A stretch of DNA of 58,883 nt, from NCBI GenBank assembly GCA_002305355.1, contig DBQS01000036.1:81612-140494 (forward strand), read 5' to 3'. Position 1 is the first letter of the stretch; every line of letters starts with the position of its first letter. The notes below the pieces were generated by a model. That model did no database searches and was not told the origin of the DNA. It saw only the letters and a list, made by a program, of their open reading frames with translations. Made by a program: the position numbers and the translations under genes. This document shows, piece by piece, positions 8,665 to 18,453 of this stretch. The stretch comes from Patescibacteria group bacterium UBA1388 (GTDB lineage: Bacteria > Patescibacteriota > Microgenomatia > UBA1400 > PJMF01).

Positions 8665-10539
8665 ATGGTGGAGCAAACAGATTCTAAGCAGGAGGTAATC
8701 CAGGAACAAGCTGAGTCAGATCAGGATGTAAACGATGAGGGGAGAGATTTAGAATCTTACAGTGAAAATCAGCCATCAGACCCAGCAGAATTAGCCAATT
8801 CATTTCCTTATGATTGGGATTGGCTCAATCCAAAATCGGATCAGGCTGATAATTTTATCATTGATTATTTGCATCAGCATCCAGTACAAGAGAATTTGGG
8901 CGTAGTTGATTCGACAGAGCGAGCTCTTCAGGATTACCGTTTGCTTGATACCTCTCAAGCAGCAATAAATATTTTAGGTGAAGAGGGAGAATTTCTTAAA
9001 CCTGGAAATCAAACAGAGGAAGAAATTGTTGAGAGTCTTCACCCTGACACGATGAAACCATGTATATATGATCATCGATCAGCTTGGTTGTGTACTAAGC
9101 GAAATCAGGACTATGCAGTTACCATGCTTTTGTCTTATCCGTCATCTGGGGATAATACTTATTATGACTTTAATAATAATGAAGAGTACTCGAAACTTGC
9201 GGTACCAGTCTGCATTGTTGAATTCGCAGATGGCAAGACATTGGATTTAATGAAAATGTTTCCTAAAGGTGTGGAAATGGATTATGTTTGTGCCCCCAAT
9301 CATAAAAATGGAGATCCGGTTAAAGGTAGAGTAGGTAGTTTTACTAGCAGTAAGGATGAAGGCTCATCAATAATTAGAATCTCTAACTTATCTAACAATA
9401 AAGATTTATTAACGATTTTCCATGAGTTGGGTCACGCCTATATGTACGAACAACTAGGCGAAGATGAAAGGAGGGATTATCACGAGGCGAATATAGCTAT
9501 GAAATCAATGCTGAGATATACAGTTGATGGTGATGAATTGATGCTGGATACGGCATTATCAATGATAACTGAAATTGATGATTTTGAAGAAGCTATGTAT
9601 TTATCTCAACGATCAGAACACTTTGCTAGTGCTTGGGCAGTGAGAGCAGTTCATGCCTTATCGGTTCTTGATGCTGATCAGCAGAATCTGGCAAAGCAAC
9701 ACTATGAACAAAATTTCGAAAGTTATGATCAACTTTTTGCTTTGATGGGAACTTATTCCGAAAAAGCAGCTCGGTTGGATTTTGAACAGCGCCAAGCAAT
9801 TAATCATCATTACGAATGGTTTGGTGAAAAGTTGGAAGATATTGAACTTCTAACCCAGTATTTGTCCTTTGAAGCGGGTGTTTGTGAAACACGTCTAACA
9901 ATAGATGGCAATATTTTGGATATTCAAATTAGTAGATTTGGGCAGTCTTTTAAATTACGAATAGTAGATCCGGTAAGTCAAGAGGCCACCATTATATTAA
10001 CAAGTTATCATAGTTTTTTTGCTATCAACACAGACGGAAGCGAAGTAAATCTTGAGCTTATTCCGCTTGATAATGCGGTTAATACAGCTCGTTTGTTATT
10101 AACACCAACATGCCAAGAATCTAAATTAAAGGTAGACGCCATCTTTGCAGAACTGATTGCCAGAGGCGAAAAAGAAGCGATAGCAAGAATCAATAATATT
10201 CATCGAATGTTTGCAGATTCTGGTATACCTACCAAACAATTTGATTTGTTGGTGGAAATTCAACAAAGACTTAAGAAAGAGAGCCTGCTTGAAGCTGTAG
10301 TGCGATCAGTTGCAAACCCAGATTTAGAAAGTGCAAAATGGGAAACGGCGATTAACCCTAATAAAAGATTGAATAGATTGTGTTATAAAATAATGATGCA
10401 TTTCCATGAGTTAGGTATGGTAACAAGAGAAGAATTACTTACTAAATTTAATGATCAAACCGGTGAGCCTTTCGCTGACGATTGGGAGCAATTATTATAT
10501 ATAATAGATTTAATTAACTCCAGAAATAAGACCTCTTAA
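8665..10539 (+). CDS. hypothetical protein with HExxH zinc-metallopeptidase-like motif
   Basis: 624-aa ORF with an acidic N-terminus and a single IFHELGHAYMYE motif. No other family was recognised. Confidence 0.6.
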   Translation: MVEQTDSKQEVIQEQAESDQDVNDEGRDLESYSENQPSDPAELANSFPYDWDWLNPKSDQADNFIIDYLHQHPVQENLGVVDSTERALQDYRLLDTSQAAINILGEEGEFLKPGNQTEEEIVESLHPDTMKPCIYDHRSAWLCTKRNQDYAVTMLLSYPSSGDNTYYDFNNNEEYSKLAVPVCIVEFADGKTLDLMKMFPKGVEMDYVCAPNHKNGDPVKGRVGSFTSSKDEGSSIIRISNLSNNKDLLTIFHELGHAYMYEQLGEDERRDYHEANIAMKSMLRYTVDGDELMLDTALSMITEIDDFEEAMYLSQRSEHFASAWAVRAVHALSVLDADQQNLAKQHYEQNFESYDQLFALMGTYSEKAARLDFEQRQAINHHYEWFGEKLEDIELLTQYLSFEAGVCETRLTIDGNILDIQISRFGQSFKLRIVDPVSQEATIILTSYHSFFAINTDGSEVNLELIPLDNAVNTARLLLTPTCQESKLKVDAIFAELIARGEKEAIARINNIHRMFADSGIPTKQFDLLVEIQQRLKKESLLEAVVRSVANPDLESAKWETAINPNKRLNRLCYKIMMHFHELGMVTREELLTKFNDQTGEPFADDWEQLLYIIDLINSRNKTS

Positions 10540-10578
10540 ATTGGTAGAGACTGATACAATACTTTTGATCGACAATTT

Positions 10579-10651
10579 GGGCCGTTAGCTCAGTTGGTAG
10601 AGCGCTGCATTCGCATTGCAGAGGTCAGGAGTTCGACTCTCCTACGGTCCA
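10579..10651 (+). tRNA. tRNA-Ala (anticodon CGC)
   Basis: Cloverleaf GGGCCGT/ACGGTCC acceptor with G3:U70. Anticodon loop is TTCGCAT. T-arm is AGGAG-TTCGACT-CTCCT. Discriminator is A. CCA is not encoded. Confidence 0.9.
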
Positions 10652-10657
10652 CCCTAA

Positions 10658-11191
10658 TTATTTTTTTAAAGCTTCAGCCAAATCATAGTTTTGTTGCTTG
10701 ATTTCTTCTTGAGAAAAATTAGGCCTTTGCGGACCGTTTAGCATTTTTTCTATATCTTGCAATATAAAGTCTTGCTCAAAAAATTCTGCCGGAGTTTGGG
10801 TTTGGTCGGTAATTTCACAATATATTGAGCAATCAAATAATTCAGCTACTTTACCGGTAATATATTCACAAATAATAACTACTTCGTTTTGACGAGTAGT
10901 AGTTCGGATAAAATAATATTTTGCATCAGTGTCATAGTTAAACTCTATAGGACCATCAAGTAATGCCCGCAGTTTTAAGTTTTTGGGTAATAAGCCGAAG
11001 TCAGGATTTTCTTCTTCTGGATTATCAATTTGACTTGCTTTGATTTTATTTGAATCAAGATACTGAACCGACTTGCTAATATTTTCGCCGAAATATACGT
11101 CGAAATCTGAGCCAAGTTTTGTAATTAAATTCGATTTAGAAAGTGAAAAATTGCTTTGGGAATTTGGGATGAGTTCGAAAGTTAGTGACAT
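10658..11191 (-). CDS. hypothetical protein (acidic, cytoplasmic)
   Basis: 177-aa ORF. No motif was recognised. Confidence 0.5.
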   Translation of the reverse strand: MSLTFELIPNSQSNFSLSKSNLITKLGSDFDVYFGENISKSVQYLDSNKIKASQIDNPEEENPDFGLLPKNLKLRALLDGPIEFNYDTDAKYYFIRTTTRQNEVVIICEYITGKVAELFDCSIYCEITDQTQTPAEFFEQDFILQDIEKMLNGPQRPNFSQEEIKQQNYDLAEALKK

Positions 11192-11214
11192 AATGATATT
11201 TTATCATGAAAACT

Positions 11215-12273
11215 TCATGTAGAAACTGTGATTGTATTTTCATACCGATACCCAAATCGACCATCGAGGTAGATACCCGGCTCAACCGTGACCAGCATGT
11301 TCTTGCGCAACTTTTGGGTAGAGTTCATAAAAAGAGAAGGTGGTTCATGAATTTCGAGGCCAAGCCCATGGCCAGTGCTGTGGATGAACTGGTGCCCATA
11401 ACCAGCGTCGTCGATGAACTTTCTAGCAGCGCCATCAACATCAGCGGCAAATACTTCGGGCTTAACTTGGTCAGCTGCTAGCTCATAAGCAGTGTCAACT
11501 ATATTTTTAATTTCCAAAAACTGCTGGTCAGGATTGTTGCCGAACCAAATTGTGCGAGTCAGATCAGCGCAGTAGCCATCAACCCTGGCGCCCACATCAA
11601 TGAGCACCACTTGTTCTGGTTCCAAAACAGTTTTGGTAGGCTGATGATGTGGTAGGGCAGAGTGGGCGCCAAATGCAATGACCGAAGGAAAGGCTAGTTC
11701 AGTTGCTCCTAATTTCTTGGCGCTGTACTCAAACTCATGTGCAACTTCAATCTCAGACATGCCAATCTTCAATTTTGCTTGTAGCAACTTAACAGTTTGC
11801 AGAGTAATTTGATTGGCAGCTCGAAATAGTTGTAATTCTTGATGATCTTTAATTTGTCTAAGTTGCCAGATTTTATCTCGTGAAAACGTTTGCCATTTGG
11901 TGTGCTTAATATTGGAAATCAACTCATACTCATCAGCGAACAAAGCGCTCAGGTCTGCTTGCCAATCAGTGACCCGCTGTTTGTGTTCTTGTGAGTCAGA
12001 AACATGATTGCTCGCGTCAGTAATGACCTTTTTTAAGTCATTTGGCCAGTGGCCTGCAAAGTAGTCAATACCAACAATTTTTTCCACTGGTGAAAAAGAA
12101 GGATAGAGGAGTGTAACAGATTTTTTGGTTACCACCAGAAAAGTTTCTCTTTCGTTGGAAGTGATGGTTTTGAAACCTGTCAAATATTGAATATCTGCTG
12201 GTCTGGCTAAGACAAGACCCTGATGATCCTCAAGACCGGATTGCAGTATTTTTAAGCGCTGCTGGAGCTGCAT
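11215..12273 (-). CDS. M24 family Xaa-Pro aminopeptidase
   Basis: Pita-bread fold metal ligand context is VLIDVGARVDGYCADLTRT...HSTGHGLGLEIHEPP...VTVEPGIY. Confidence 0.85.
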   Translation of the reverse strand: MQLQQRLKILQSGLEDHQGLVLARPADIQYLTGFKTITSNERETFLVVTKKSVTLLYPSFSPVEKIVGIDYFAGHWPNDLKKVITDASNHVSDSQEHKQRVTDWQADLSALFADEYELISNIKHTKWQTFSRDKIWQLRQIKDHQELQLFRAANQITLQTVKLLQAKLKIGMSEIEVAHEFEYSAKKLGATELAFPSVIAFGAHSALPHHQPTKTVLEPEQVVLIDVGARVDGYCADLTRTIWFGNNPDQQFLEIKNIVDTAYELAADQVKPEVFAADVDGAARKFIDDAGYGHQFIHSTGHGLGLEIHEPPSLFMNSTQKLRKNMLVTVEPGIYLDGRFGYRYENTITVST

Positions 12274-12275
12274 GA

Positions 12276-13031
12276 TTAATCTTTGATGTCACTCAATGAA
12301 GTCAATGAGCGAAGCGTTGCAAGTGTGATGCCATCTTCGCTTTCAAAACCGGTGACAAGAACAGCAATTTGCTCTTCAAAATCAGTTATTCTCACTTCTT
12401 CACCGTCCTCATCTTCAAACTGAGAATCTTTGGTGATAGTCAAAGATTTTTCTTCTCCTGTACCACGAGTGGTAATGACAACCTGCCTCGTATTAATTGA
12501 TTCTAATGTTCCTAATGCGACGATTTGATTGGGAGTACGCAATGATTCCTCAGACACAAAAATATAGTCTGGAACAACAGTTTCAGCTCTCGTGTTACCA
12601 AGTACAATTACCCAATTGCCAACTTCTACTTTTTCGAGCATTAGATCTTTGCCGTCTTTCAAAATCTGTACTTGTTCTCCAATTGGCACCACTATATTGC
12701 CTGTAGGAGTGGTGAGAGTAATCGTCTCTTCAGAAACACGAAACACTTCACCGATAAAACCAGATTTGCCAGCAAGTAAATCTTCTAGAGCACCTTTGAC
12801 TTGTTCTCGTTTTTCCTCTACTACTTTTTCAATTCTTTTCTTTAATTCCTGAGTAGTGTCGTCAGAGACAATCGGATTTTCATCATCTGAAGTTTGAGCA
12901 GATTTGGTGGCAATTTCTTCTTTATCTGACCCTTGAGCAAAGACGATGGTGTGTTCAAAAACATAAACAACGCTTGTCAGCAAAGCGAGCAGACTTACCA
13001 AGCTTGCTAGCGAAATAATTTTGGTTTTCAT
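12276..13031 (-). CDS. secreted hypothetical protein
   Basis: N-terminal signal peptide MKTKIISLASLVSLLALLTSVVYVF. The remainder is acidic and beta-rich. The gene ends 3 nt upstream of the M24 peptidase start codon. Confidence 0.6.
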   Translation of the reverse strand: MKTKIISLASLVSLLALLTSVVYVFEHTIVFAQGSDKEEIATKSAQTSDDENPIVSDDTTQELKKRIEKVVEEKREQVKGALEDLLAGKSGFIGEVFRVSEETITLTTPTGNIVVPIGEQVQILKDGKDLMLEKVEVGNWVIVLGNTRAETVVPDYIFVSEESLRTPNQIVALGTLESINTRQVVITTRGTGEEKSLTITKDSQFEDEDGEEVRITDFEEQIAVLVTGFESEDGITLATLRSLTSLSDIKD

Positions 13032-13037
13032 CTGATT

Positions 13038-13526
13038 TTAATCCGTTTCATTTTCTATTAACTCTAGCTCAGCAGAGCTAGAAGCCGAGTCCCGACCTGA
13101 TTCTTTAGCATAAATGTCGCTCACAATCACCGTTCTTTCTTTAGTATATGTGTTGCCGTCATTATCTACCACATGAACTGCGATCACATTACTACCCATT
13201 TCTAATTTTGCTTCAAGAGTAAAATTCCCGCTTTCATCAGCAGTAGTAATAAAATCTTCCTCATTTACAAAAATAACCACATAACTATTAGGAACAGTGG
13301 TGCCAGTAATGGTGGTGGTTGTTTCGGTTTGGATGGAACCATCTTCAGGACTGTGCAAGGCAATAATTGCTTCTGCTTCTGCAGTAGGGCTAGGTGTAGT
13401 TTTGACAATTTCTTCAATAGCTTGAGGTTTGTCGGTCATCGCAATGCGGAGTCTGTACAAACCATACATAATTACCAAACCTAATCCGAAGCCAATCAGA
13501 ATTGCAATCAGTACCTCTTTCTTCAT
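13038..13526 (-). CDS. membrane-anchored protein with bacterial Ig-like domain
   Basis: MKKEVLIAILIGFGLGLVIMYGLY is the anchor. The Ig-like pattern is ITGTTVPNSYVVIFVNEEDF..ADESGNFTLEAKLEMGSNVIAVHVVDNDGN. Confidence 0.6.
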   Translation of the reverse strand: MKKEVLIAILIGFGLGLVIMYGLYRLRIAMTDKPQAIEEIVKTTPSPTAEAEAIIALHSPEDGSIQTETTTTITGTTVPNSYVVIFVNEEDFITTADESGNFTLEAKLEMGSNVIAVHVVDNDGNTYTKERTVIVSDIYAKESGRDSASSSAELELIENETD

Positions 13527-13659
13527 AACATGTTCCATTATAAACTATGGGCACTATATCAACTAGGTTTATTCTAGAGGTTGTTAATTAATTATGCAGG
13601 CGTATTATTCATTATCACTTAGCTCTGTAAAGAGGCAAATAACATAAGAGGGGACAAAT

Positions 13660-14325
13660 ATGATCATTACTTACCATGGACATTCATGTTTCAAAATCAA
13701 AGGCAAAAGGGGAACCGTAGTGACCGATCCGTATCAAGAATCAGTTGGTTTTGCTTTGCCCACATTAAGTGCTGATATTGTGACTTGTTCTCATGATCAT
13801 TCTGATCACAATGCATATGCTGCCATTAATGGTACTGCGAGGAGAAAAAATCCATTTATTATTAACAAGCCAGGAGAGTATGAAGTAGGTGGCATTTCTG
13901 TTTTTGGGGTTGCTTCGTTTCATGATAATTCTCAAGGATCACAGAGGGGTCCCAACAATATTTATACCGCTTACATTGATGACGTACGAGTTTGTCATTT
14001 GGGTGATTTGGGGCATGAACTTTCTTCAGATTTAATTGAAGAAATTGGGGCAATTGATGTCTTGCTTTGCCCAGTAGGCGGAACTTTTACGATCGATGCA
14101 GCGACTGCGGTCAAAACGATTCGCTCACTCGAACCAAGCGTGGTTATCCCCATGCACTACAAAACTCCAGAACACAACCAGGATTTGTTTGGTGATTTGC
14201 AAACGGTTGATGATTTTCTAAAAGAGTATAGTGTGGAAGTAACTCCACAAAAATCGGTTGAACTTGACAAACTAAGATTACCTGAGGAAACCGAAATTGT
14301 GGTTTTGTATCCACAAGTGGTGTGA
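13660..14325 (+). CDS. metallo-beta-lactamase-fold hydrolase (UPF0173-like)
   Basis: MIITYHGHSCFKIKG... and the CSHDHSDH metal motif are present. Confidence 0.8.
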   Translation: MIITYHGHSCFKIKGKRGTVVTDPYQESVGFALPTLSADIVTCSHDHSDHNAYAAINGTARRKNPFIINKPGEYEVGGISVFGVASFHDNSQGSQRGPNNIYTAYIDDVRVCHLGDLGHELSSDLIEEIGAIDVLLCPVGGTFTIDAATAVKTIRSLEPSVVIPMHYKTPEHNQDLFGDLQTVDDFLKEYSVEVTPQKSVELDKLRLPEETEIVVLYPQVV

Positions 14326-14370
14326 GGAATTTGGGTTTGAATGATATGAATAATGAGCAGATAAAACAAT

Positions 14371-14406
14371 TGTGAGAGGTGTGAGTGGTGTGAGTGCTGT
14401 GAGTGG
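14371..14406. repeat. 4 x 9-bp tandem repeat (TGTGAGWGS) upstream of dnaB
   Basis: The sequence reads tgtgagagg tgtgagtgg tgtgagtgc tgtgagtgg directly. Confidence 0.9.
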
Positions 14407-14490
14407 CAATCGAGATCAGTCATAAATGTGCATCATGAGAAATCATAATGTTATGCATAACGAAATAACGTAACTAATAAAGGATTTAAT

Positions 14491-15810
14491 ATGGCGGGGA
14501 AAGTACCTCCTCACAACATCGACGCCGAAAAATCAGTTTTAGGTTCAATTTTGATTGATCCTGACGCGATTGTAAAAGTGGCTGACTTAATAATGCCTGA
14601 TAGTTTTTATGAGCAGGCTCATCAGGCAATGTATCAAGCAATGCAAACTTTATATGAAAAGCGTCAACCAATCGATGCCGTTACTCTCAGCAATGAGTTA
14701 AAGAAAGAGAAAAAGTTGACGGCGGCCGGCGGAGCGGCCGCCATCGCCCGCATCACTAATGCAGTTTCAACTGCCGCCAATGTAGTGGAGTATGCCCAAA
14801 TTGTAGCTGATACACATATTAGGCGGCGAATGATTCAGTTGGCAGGAGAGATGAGTGAAAAAGCGTTTGATGATGGCGCTGAAGCCAGAGACGTTCTTGA
14901 TGCAGCTGAACAGAGTATTTTCCAAGTTTCACAAAAGCAAACTGGTCGGGCATTTACTTCTGTGAAAGATACGCTGGTAGAGAGTTTTGAACGACTTGAT
15001 GAGCTACAAAAATCTGGAGGTGAAATAAGAGGAGTTGCTACCGGCTTTGCTGATGTTGATCAATTATTAGCTGGTTTGCAACGCTCCAACTTAATTATTT
15101 TGGCGGCTAGACCTGGAATTGGGAAAACCGCCTTTGCGCTCAACATCACTCATCACGTTACAGTTGCAGAAAAAAAGAAGGTGGGTTTTTTCTCACTTGA
15201 AATGAGTCGCGAAGAATTAGTAGACCGGCTGCTTGTTTCTCAAGCTGATATCGATGCTTGGAAGCTTAAAACCGGCCGCTTGAATCAACAAGACTTTTTG
15301 AAGTTGTCAGATGCAATGGGCGTTTTAGCCGATGCTAATTTTTTTATTGATGATACACCAGGTTTGAGTATTTTTGAAATGCGTACAAGAGCTCGGCGTC
15401 TCATGACTGAGCACGATATTGATTTGCTGGTAGTTGATTATTTGCAACTGGCCAGGGGGAGAACGATGGACAATAGAGTTCAGGAAGTGGCAGAGATTTC
15501 CCAAGGTTTAAAAAACATTGCGCGCGAGTTGCGCATTCCAGTATTGGGGTTATCTCAGCTATCAAGAGCAATTGAGAGTAGGGGAGAGCGCGTCCCTCAA
15601 CTTTCAGATTTGAGGGAAAGTGGCTCCATTGAACAGGATGCTGATGTAGTGATGTTTTTGTATCGCAAAGACGAAGAAATCCGCGAAGCTGTTAATTTAA
15701 AGGTAGCGAAACACCGCAACGGGCCGCTAGGGGAAGTTGATTTATACTTTAAAGGCGACAGGATTAAGTTTTACGGTATGGAATCGCGGCGAGTTGCCCA
15801 AAGTGCTTAA
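14491..15810 (+). CDS. dnaB: replicative DNA helicase DnaB
   Basis: PPHNIDAEKSVLGSILID at the N-terminus. Walker A is ARPGIGKTAF. VVDYLQL and the SQLSRAIESR motifs are present. Confidence 0.93.
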   Translation: MAGKVPPHNIDAEKSVLGSILIDPDAIVKVADLIMPDSFYEQAHQAMYQAMQTLYEKRQPIDAVTLSNELKKEKKLTAAGGAAAIARITNAVSTAANVVEYAQIVADTHIRRRMIQLAGEMSEKAFDDGAEARDVLDAAEQSIFQVSQKQTGRAFTSVKDTLVESFERLDELQKSGGEIRGVATGFADVDQLLAGLQRSNLIILAARPGIGKTAFALNITHHVTVAEKKKVGFFSLEMSREELVDRLLVSQADIDAWKLKTGRLNQQDFLKLSDAMGVLADANFFIDDTPGLSIFEMRTRARRLMTEHDIDLLVVDYLQLARGRTMDNRVQEVAEISQGLKNIARELRIPVLGLSQLSRAIESRGERVPQLSDLRESGSIEQDADVVMFLYRKDEEIREAVNLKVAKHRNGPLGEVDLYFKGDRIKFYGMESRRVAQSA

Positions 15811-15976
15811 TTTTTCAGCAGATTTGATTATTCCTCAACGAAAAACAAATTATTGCTCACACTGCCATCAATCTTTAGATAATTGGTTGATTGTGCGAAA
15901 TTGCCATTGAAAAGGGGGAGATGTTTGTCGTTAATCAACCAGACGTATTATTATTGATCTCTTAATCGGCTGTTAA

Positions 15977-16222
15977 TCAACCTGAAGCGCTGCTGGGCGT
16001 GTAGCTAAACAACAAAAACATCAAGCCACTGGAGAGTACCAAAAATAATAGTAAGAATCCCAGGTTGTGGCGGATTTTGTCATTGGTTTGTTCAGGATTA
16101 ATAGAGTCTGTACTCATAATAATCACTGCTGAAATAACGAACCACAACACCGCCCTGGCTACCACAGACCAAATGCTAGTAGCAGAAAAAATTGCCACAA
16201 AAAACGTTTGTACCGCTTCCAT
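15977..16222 (-). CDS. small hypothetical membrane protein
   Basis: 81-aa ORF with 2-3 hydrophobic helices. No other support. Confidence 0.35.
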   Translation of the reverse strand: MEAVQTFFVAIFSATSIWSVVARAVLWFVISAVIIMSTDSINPEQTNDKIRHNLGFLLLFLVLSSGLMFLLFSYTPSSASG

Positions 16223-16396
16223 ACCAAATAATCATGCCGGAATTCTAAAGAGAATGCAAATTATGGGTATATATTGATGATGATATAAATATTCTGATCT
16301 AGATGAGTCACGTCAAAAAGGCTGATTTTTGAAATTCTCGATGTTATTTTTTTACTCAAATCAATGTTATAATGACTGCCTCGCTCACTTGAGAAA

Positions 16397-16482
16397 GCCG
16401 AGGTGGCGGAACCGGTAGACGCGTGGGTCTCAAAAACCCATGAGGCTTAAACTTCGTGAGGGTTCGAGTCCCTCCCTCGGCA
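16397..16482 (+). tRNA. tRNA-Leu (anticodon CAA)
   Basis: Acceptor is GCCGAGG/CCTCGGC. Anticodon loop is CTCAAAA. The long variable arm is typical of class II tRNA. T-arm is GAGGG-TTCGAGT-CCCTC. Confidence 0.9.
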
Positions 16483-16552
16483 CAACTTTATAGAGTAAAT
16501 CTTTTATTGGAATTAACAATTATTTGTTTTGGCAGTTTGAATGGTTGGGCCG

Positions 16553-17038
16553 TTACTTCAACAACCAAATCACCGCAACCACCACAACCTGGGGAATAAT
16601 TCCCACCACCCAATTTGGAATTGAATAATGGAATTGTTTGTGTAGCCAGTTAAAGGGCTTTGTAATTGCTGGCTCCCAATTGAAAAAGTTTCTTGGTGCT
16701 TCAATTAAGTCTGGTAAAATGCCTGCTAAGCCTCCGGCCCAGATGTGAATTTGTAATATCATCGGTTCGGTGCGCCAAAAAAAGTAAATTAAAACGGCAG
16801 TTAAAGCCAAGTCGATTAACTCCAATTTGAAAGCGGTACTTTTTTTGCGGTTGCCATTTGATAGGCCTGTGCCCACGTCCCAATGAGGAATCCAGTCCTC
16901 CAGATAATGAAGGCCGATTGCGACAGGTACGTAAATTAGTGGATTAGGAAATTTGCTGGCTACAAAAGCGCCTGTTAGTGAATGTGGTATAGAAAGCATC
17001 AGACGGCTAGTATATCGCAATACGGAAGGAGGCTTCAA
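16553..17038 (-). CDS. hypothetical integral membrane protein
   Basis: 4-5 hydrophobic segments with His/Asp-rich loop motifs (HYLEDWIPHWD). The start may be internal (MLSIPH). Confidence 0.5.
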   Translation of the reverse strand: MKPPSVLRYTSRLMLSIPHSLTGAFVASKFPNPLIYVPVAIGLHYLEDWIPHWDVGTGLSNGNRKKSTAFKLELIDLALTAVLIYFFWRTEPMILQIHIWAGGLAGILPDLIEAPRNFFNWEPAITKPFNWLHKQFHYSIPNWVVGIIPQVVVVAVIWLLK

Positions 17039-17065
17039 CCCACAGGGTAAATACAGTACAATAAT

Positions 17066-17923
17066 ATGAGTGGATTATTGAAAGTTGGAGTTATGTACCC
17101 TCAATTATTTGAACTAGGTCCTTTTACTTTACGTACCTTAAGTGTGATGATGGTGTTGTCATTTTTTATCACGGCATTTCTATTTTGGAGAAAGGGAAGA
17201 GAAGAGCATTATCCAGAAATTGAGCTCATTGATGGTTTTTTGATGGCGGTATTGATAGGTTTTGTTTTTGGTAGAGCGGGGTACATTGTGGCAGAGATAG
17301 GGATTTTTGGTTTTTCTGTGCTGAAGTGGCTGGATGTTTTTGGGTATCCAGGATTAAATGGCGCTATGGGTACAATTGCGGCTACAATTTATTTGTTTCG
17401 TCATGCTAAAAAGCAAAAGTGGGATCCTTTTGAAATTTTAGATTTTTGGGCATTAGCTTTGGCGGGTGGTTTATCAGTTGGTTATTTGGGATTGTTTTTC
17501 GACGGGAGCGTGTTTGGATTACAAACAAATTTGCCAATTGGGATCACTTTTCCGGGATTACAAGAACCGCATCATCCGACAGCACTTTATTTTTCCATTT
17601 TTTTTCTGGCTTTGAGTTGGTACCTATCTTGGGTGGAGTATCGTTACCGCACATTTGAGTGGTACAGAGCGGGTAAAAAAACTGCTCAAACTGGTTTTTT
17701 AATCTCTATCTTTTTAATAGTGTCGGCTATCTTTTTCTTTGCCATGACCTGGCTTAAACCGCCAATATTTTCATTTTTTGATGTGAATGCGGATCGATTA
17801 TTGACTCTAGTTGCGATCTTTTTTGGTTTGGGATTACTCTGGAACCGGTCTGGCAGGAATTTCCGTCCGAGGAGGAAGCCTCCAACTTCCTTAACAATAG
17901 AGGATCAGCATGTTGCCTCATAA
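17066..17923 (+). CDS. lgt: prolipoprotein diacylglyceryl transferase
   Basis: Polytopic membrane protein with an Lgt-like N-terminus (MYPQLFELGPFTLRTLSVMMVL). It lies directly upstream of lspA and overlaps it. Confidence 0.7.
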   Translation: MSGLLKVGVMYPQLFELGPFTLRTLSVMMVLSFFITAFLFWRKGREEHYPEIELIDGFLMAVLIGFVFGRAGYIVAEIGIFGFSVLKWLDVFGYPGLNGAMGTIAATIYLFRHAKKQKWDPFEILDFWALALAGGLSVGYLGLFFDGSVFGLQTNLPIGITFPGLQEPHHPTALYFSIFFLALSWYLSWVEYRYRTFEWYRAGKKTAQTGFLISIFLIVSAIFFFAMTWLKPPIFSFFDVNADRLLTLVAIFFGLGLLWNRSGRNFRPRRKPPTSLTIEDQHVAS

Positions 17924-18365
17924 GTTTTGGGTGGCAATTTTGACTGTAATATTGATAGATCAGGCTTCGAAATTTTTTTTGAGCGGATTATTTGGTACAG
18001 CTTTCACCAATCAGGGCATTTCATTTGGATTATTTGCTAGTTATGACAAAATCATCGTGTTGGTGATTGTGGTTGCACTCATCATTGTTCTCAAATCTAG
18101 CCAGCAATTGTTGAATCAGCACCCAGTCTTGATGGGATTATTTGTAGGAGGGGGAGTTTCAAACTTGATTGACCGATTACTGTTTGGCGCAGTTAGGGAT
18201 TGGATGCCACTTGCGTTTTTTGGGTTGCATAATAATTTGGCAGATTGGGCGATTGCAGTCAGTGTAGTTGGTGTGTTTCTTTTGCTATCTAGGGGAATCT
18301 TGATAAAATACCGAAATAAGTCGGCTGATCACTTTCCAAAAAATGGTGAGTCCCAAATTGATTGA
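17910..18365 (+). CDS. lspA: lipoprotein signal peptidase (signal peptidase II)
   Basis: FTNQGISFGLF and GGGVSNLIDRLLFGAVRDW are the LspA catalytic Asp motifs. Confidence 0.85.
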   Translation: MLPHKFWVAILTVILIDQASKFFLSGLFGTAFTNQGISFGLFASYDKIIVLVIVVALIIVLKSSQQLLNQHPVLMGLFVGGGVSNLIDRLLFGAVRDWMPLAFFGLHNNLADWAIAVSVVGVFLLLSRGILIKYRNKSADHFPKNGESQID

Positions 18366-18453
18366 TTAGTTTTGGTGGAAGTGAAGTCAGATGGTGTGGT
18401 CGACTAGTTCACAATGAAGAGAATAGCGCAAAGCTCAGCTCAGAACGAAAATT

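Noticed and set aside
15885-15982. GTTAATCAACC occurs twice (15930, 15972), with an inverted AATCAACC (15885-15892). A 14-codon micro-ORF (15921-15965) lies directly after AAAGGGGGAG.
   Set aside because: The SD-like run abuts the ATG with no spacing, so translation is unlikely. The 11-mer pair is short and one copy overlaps the stop of the neighbouring small ORF. Evidence is insufficient for a functional call.
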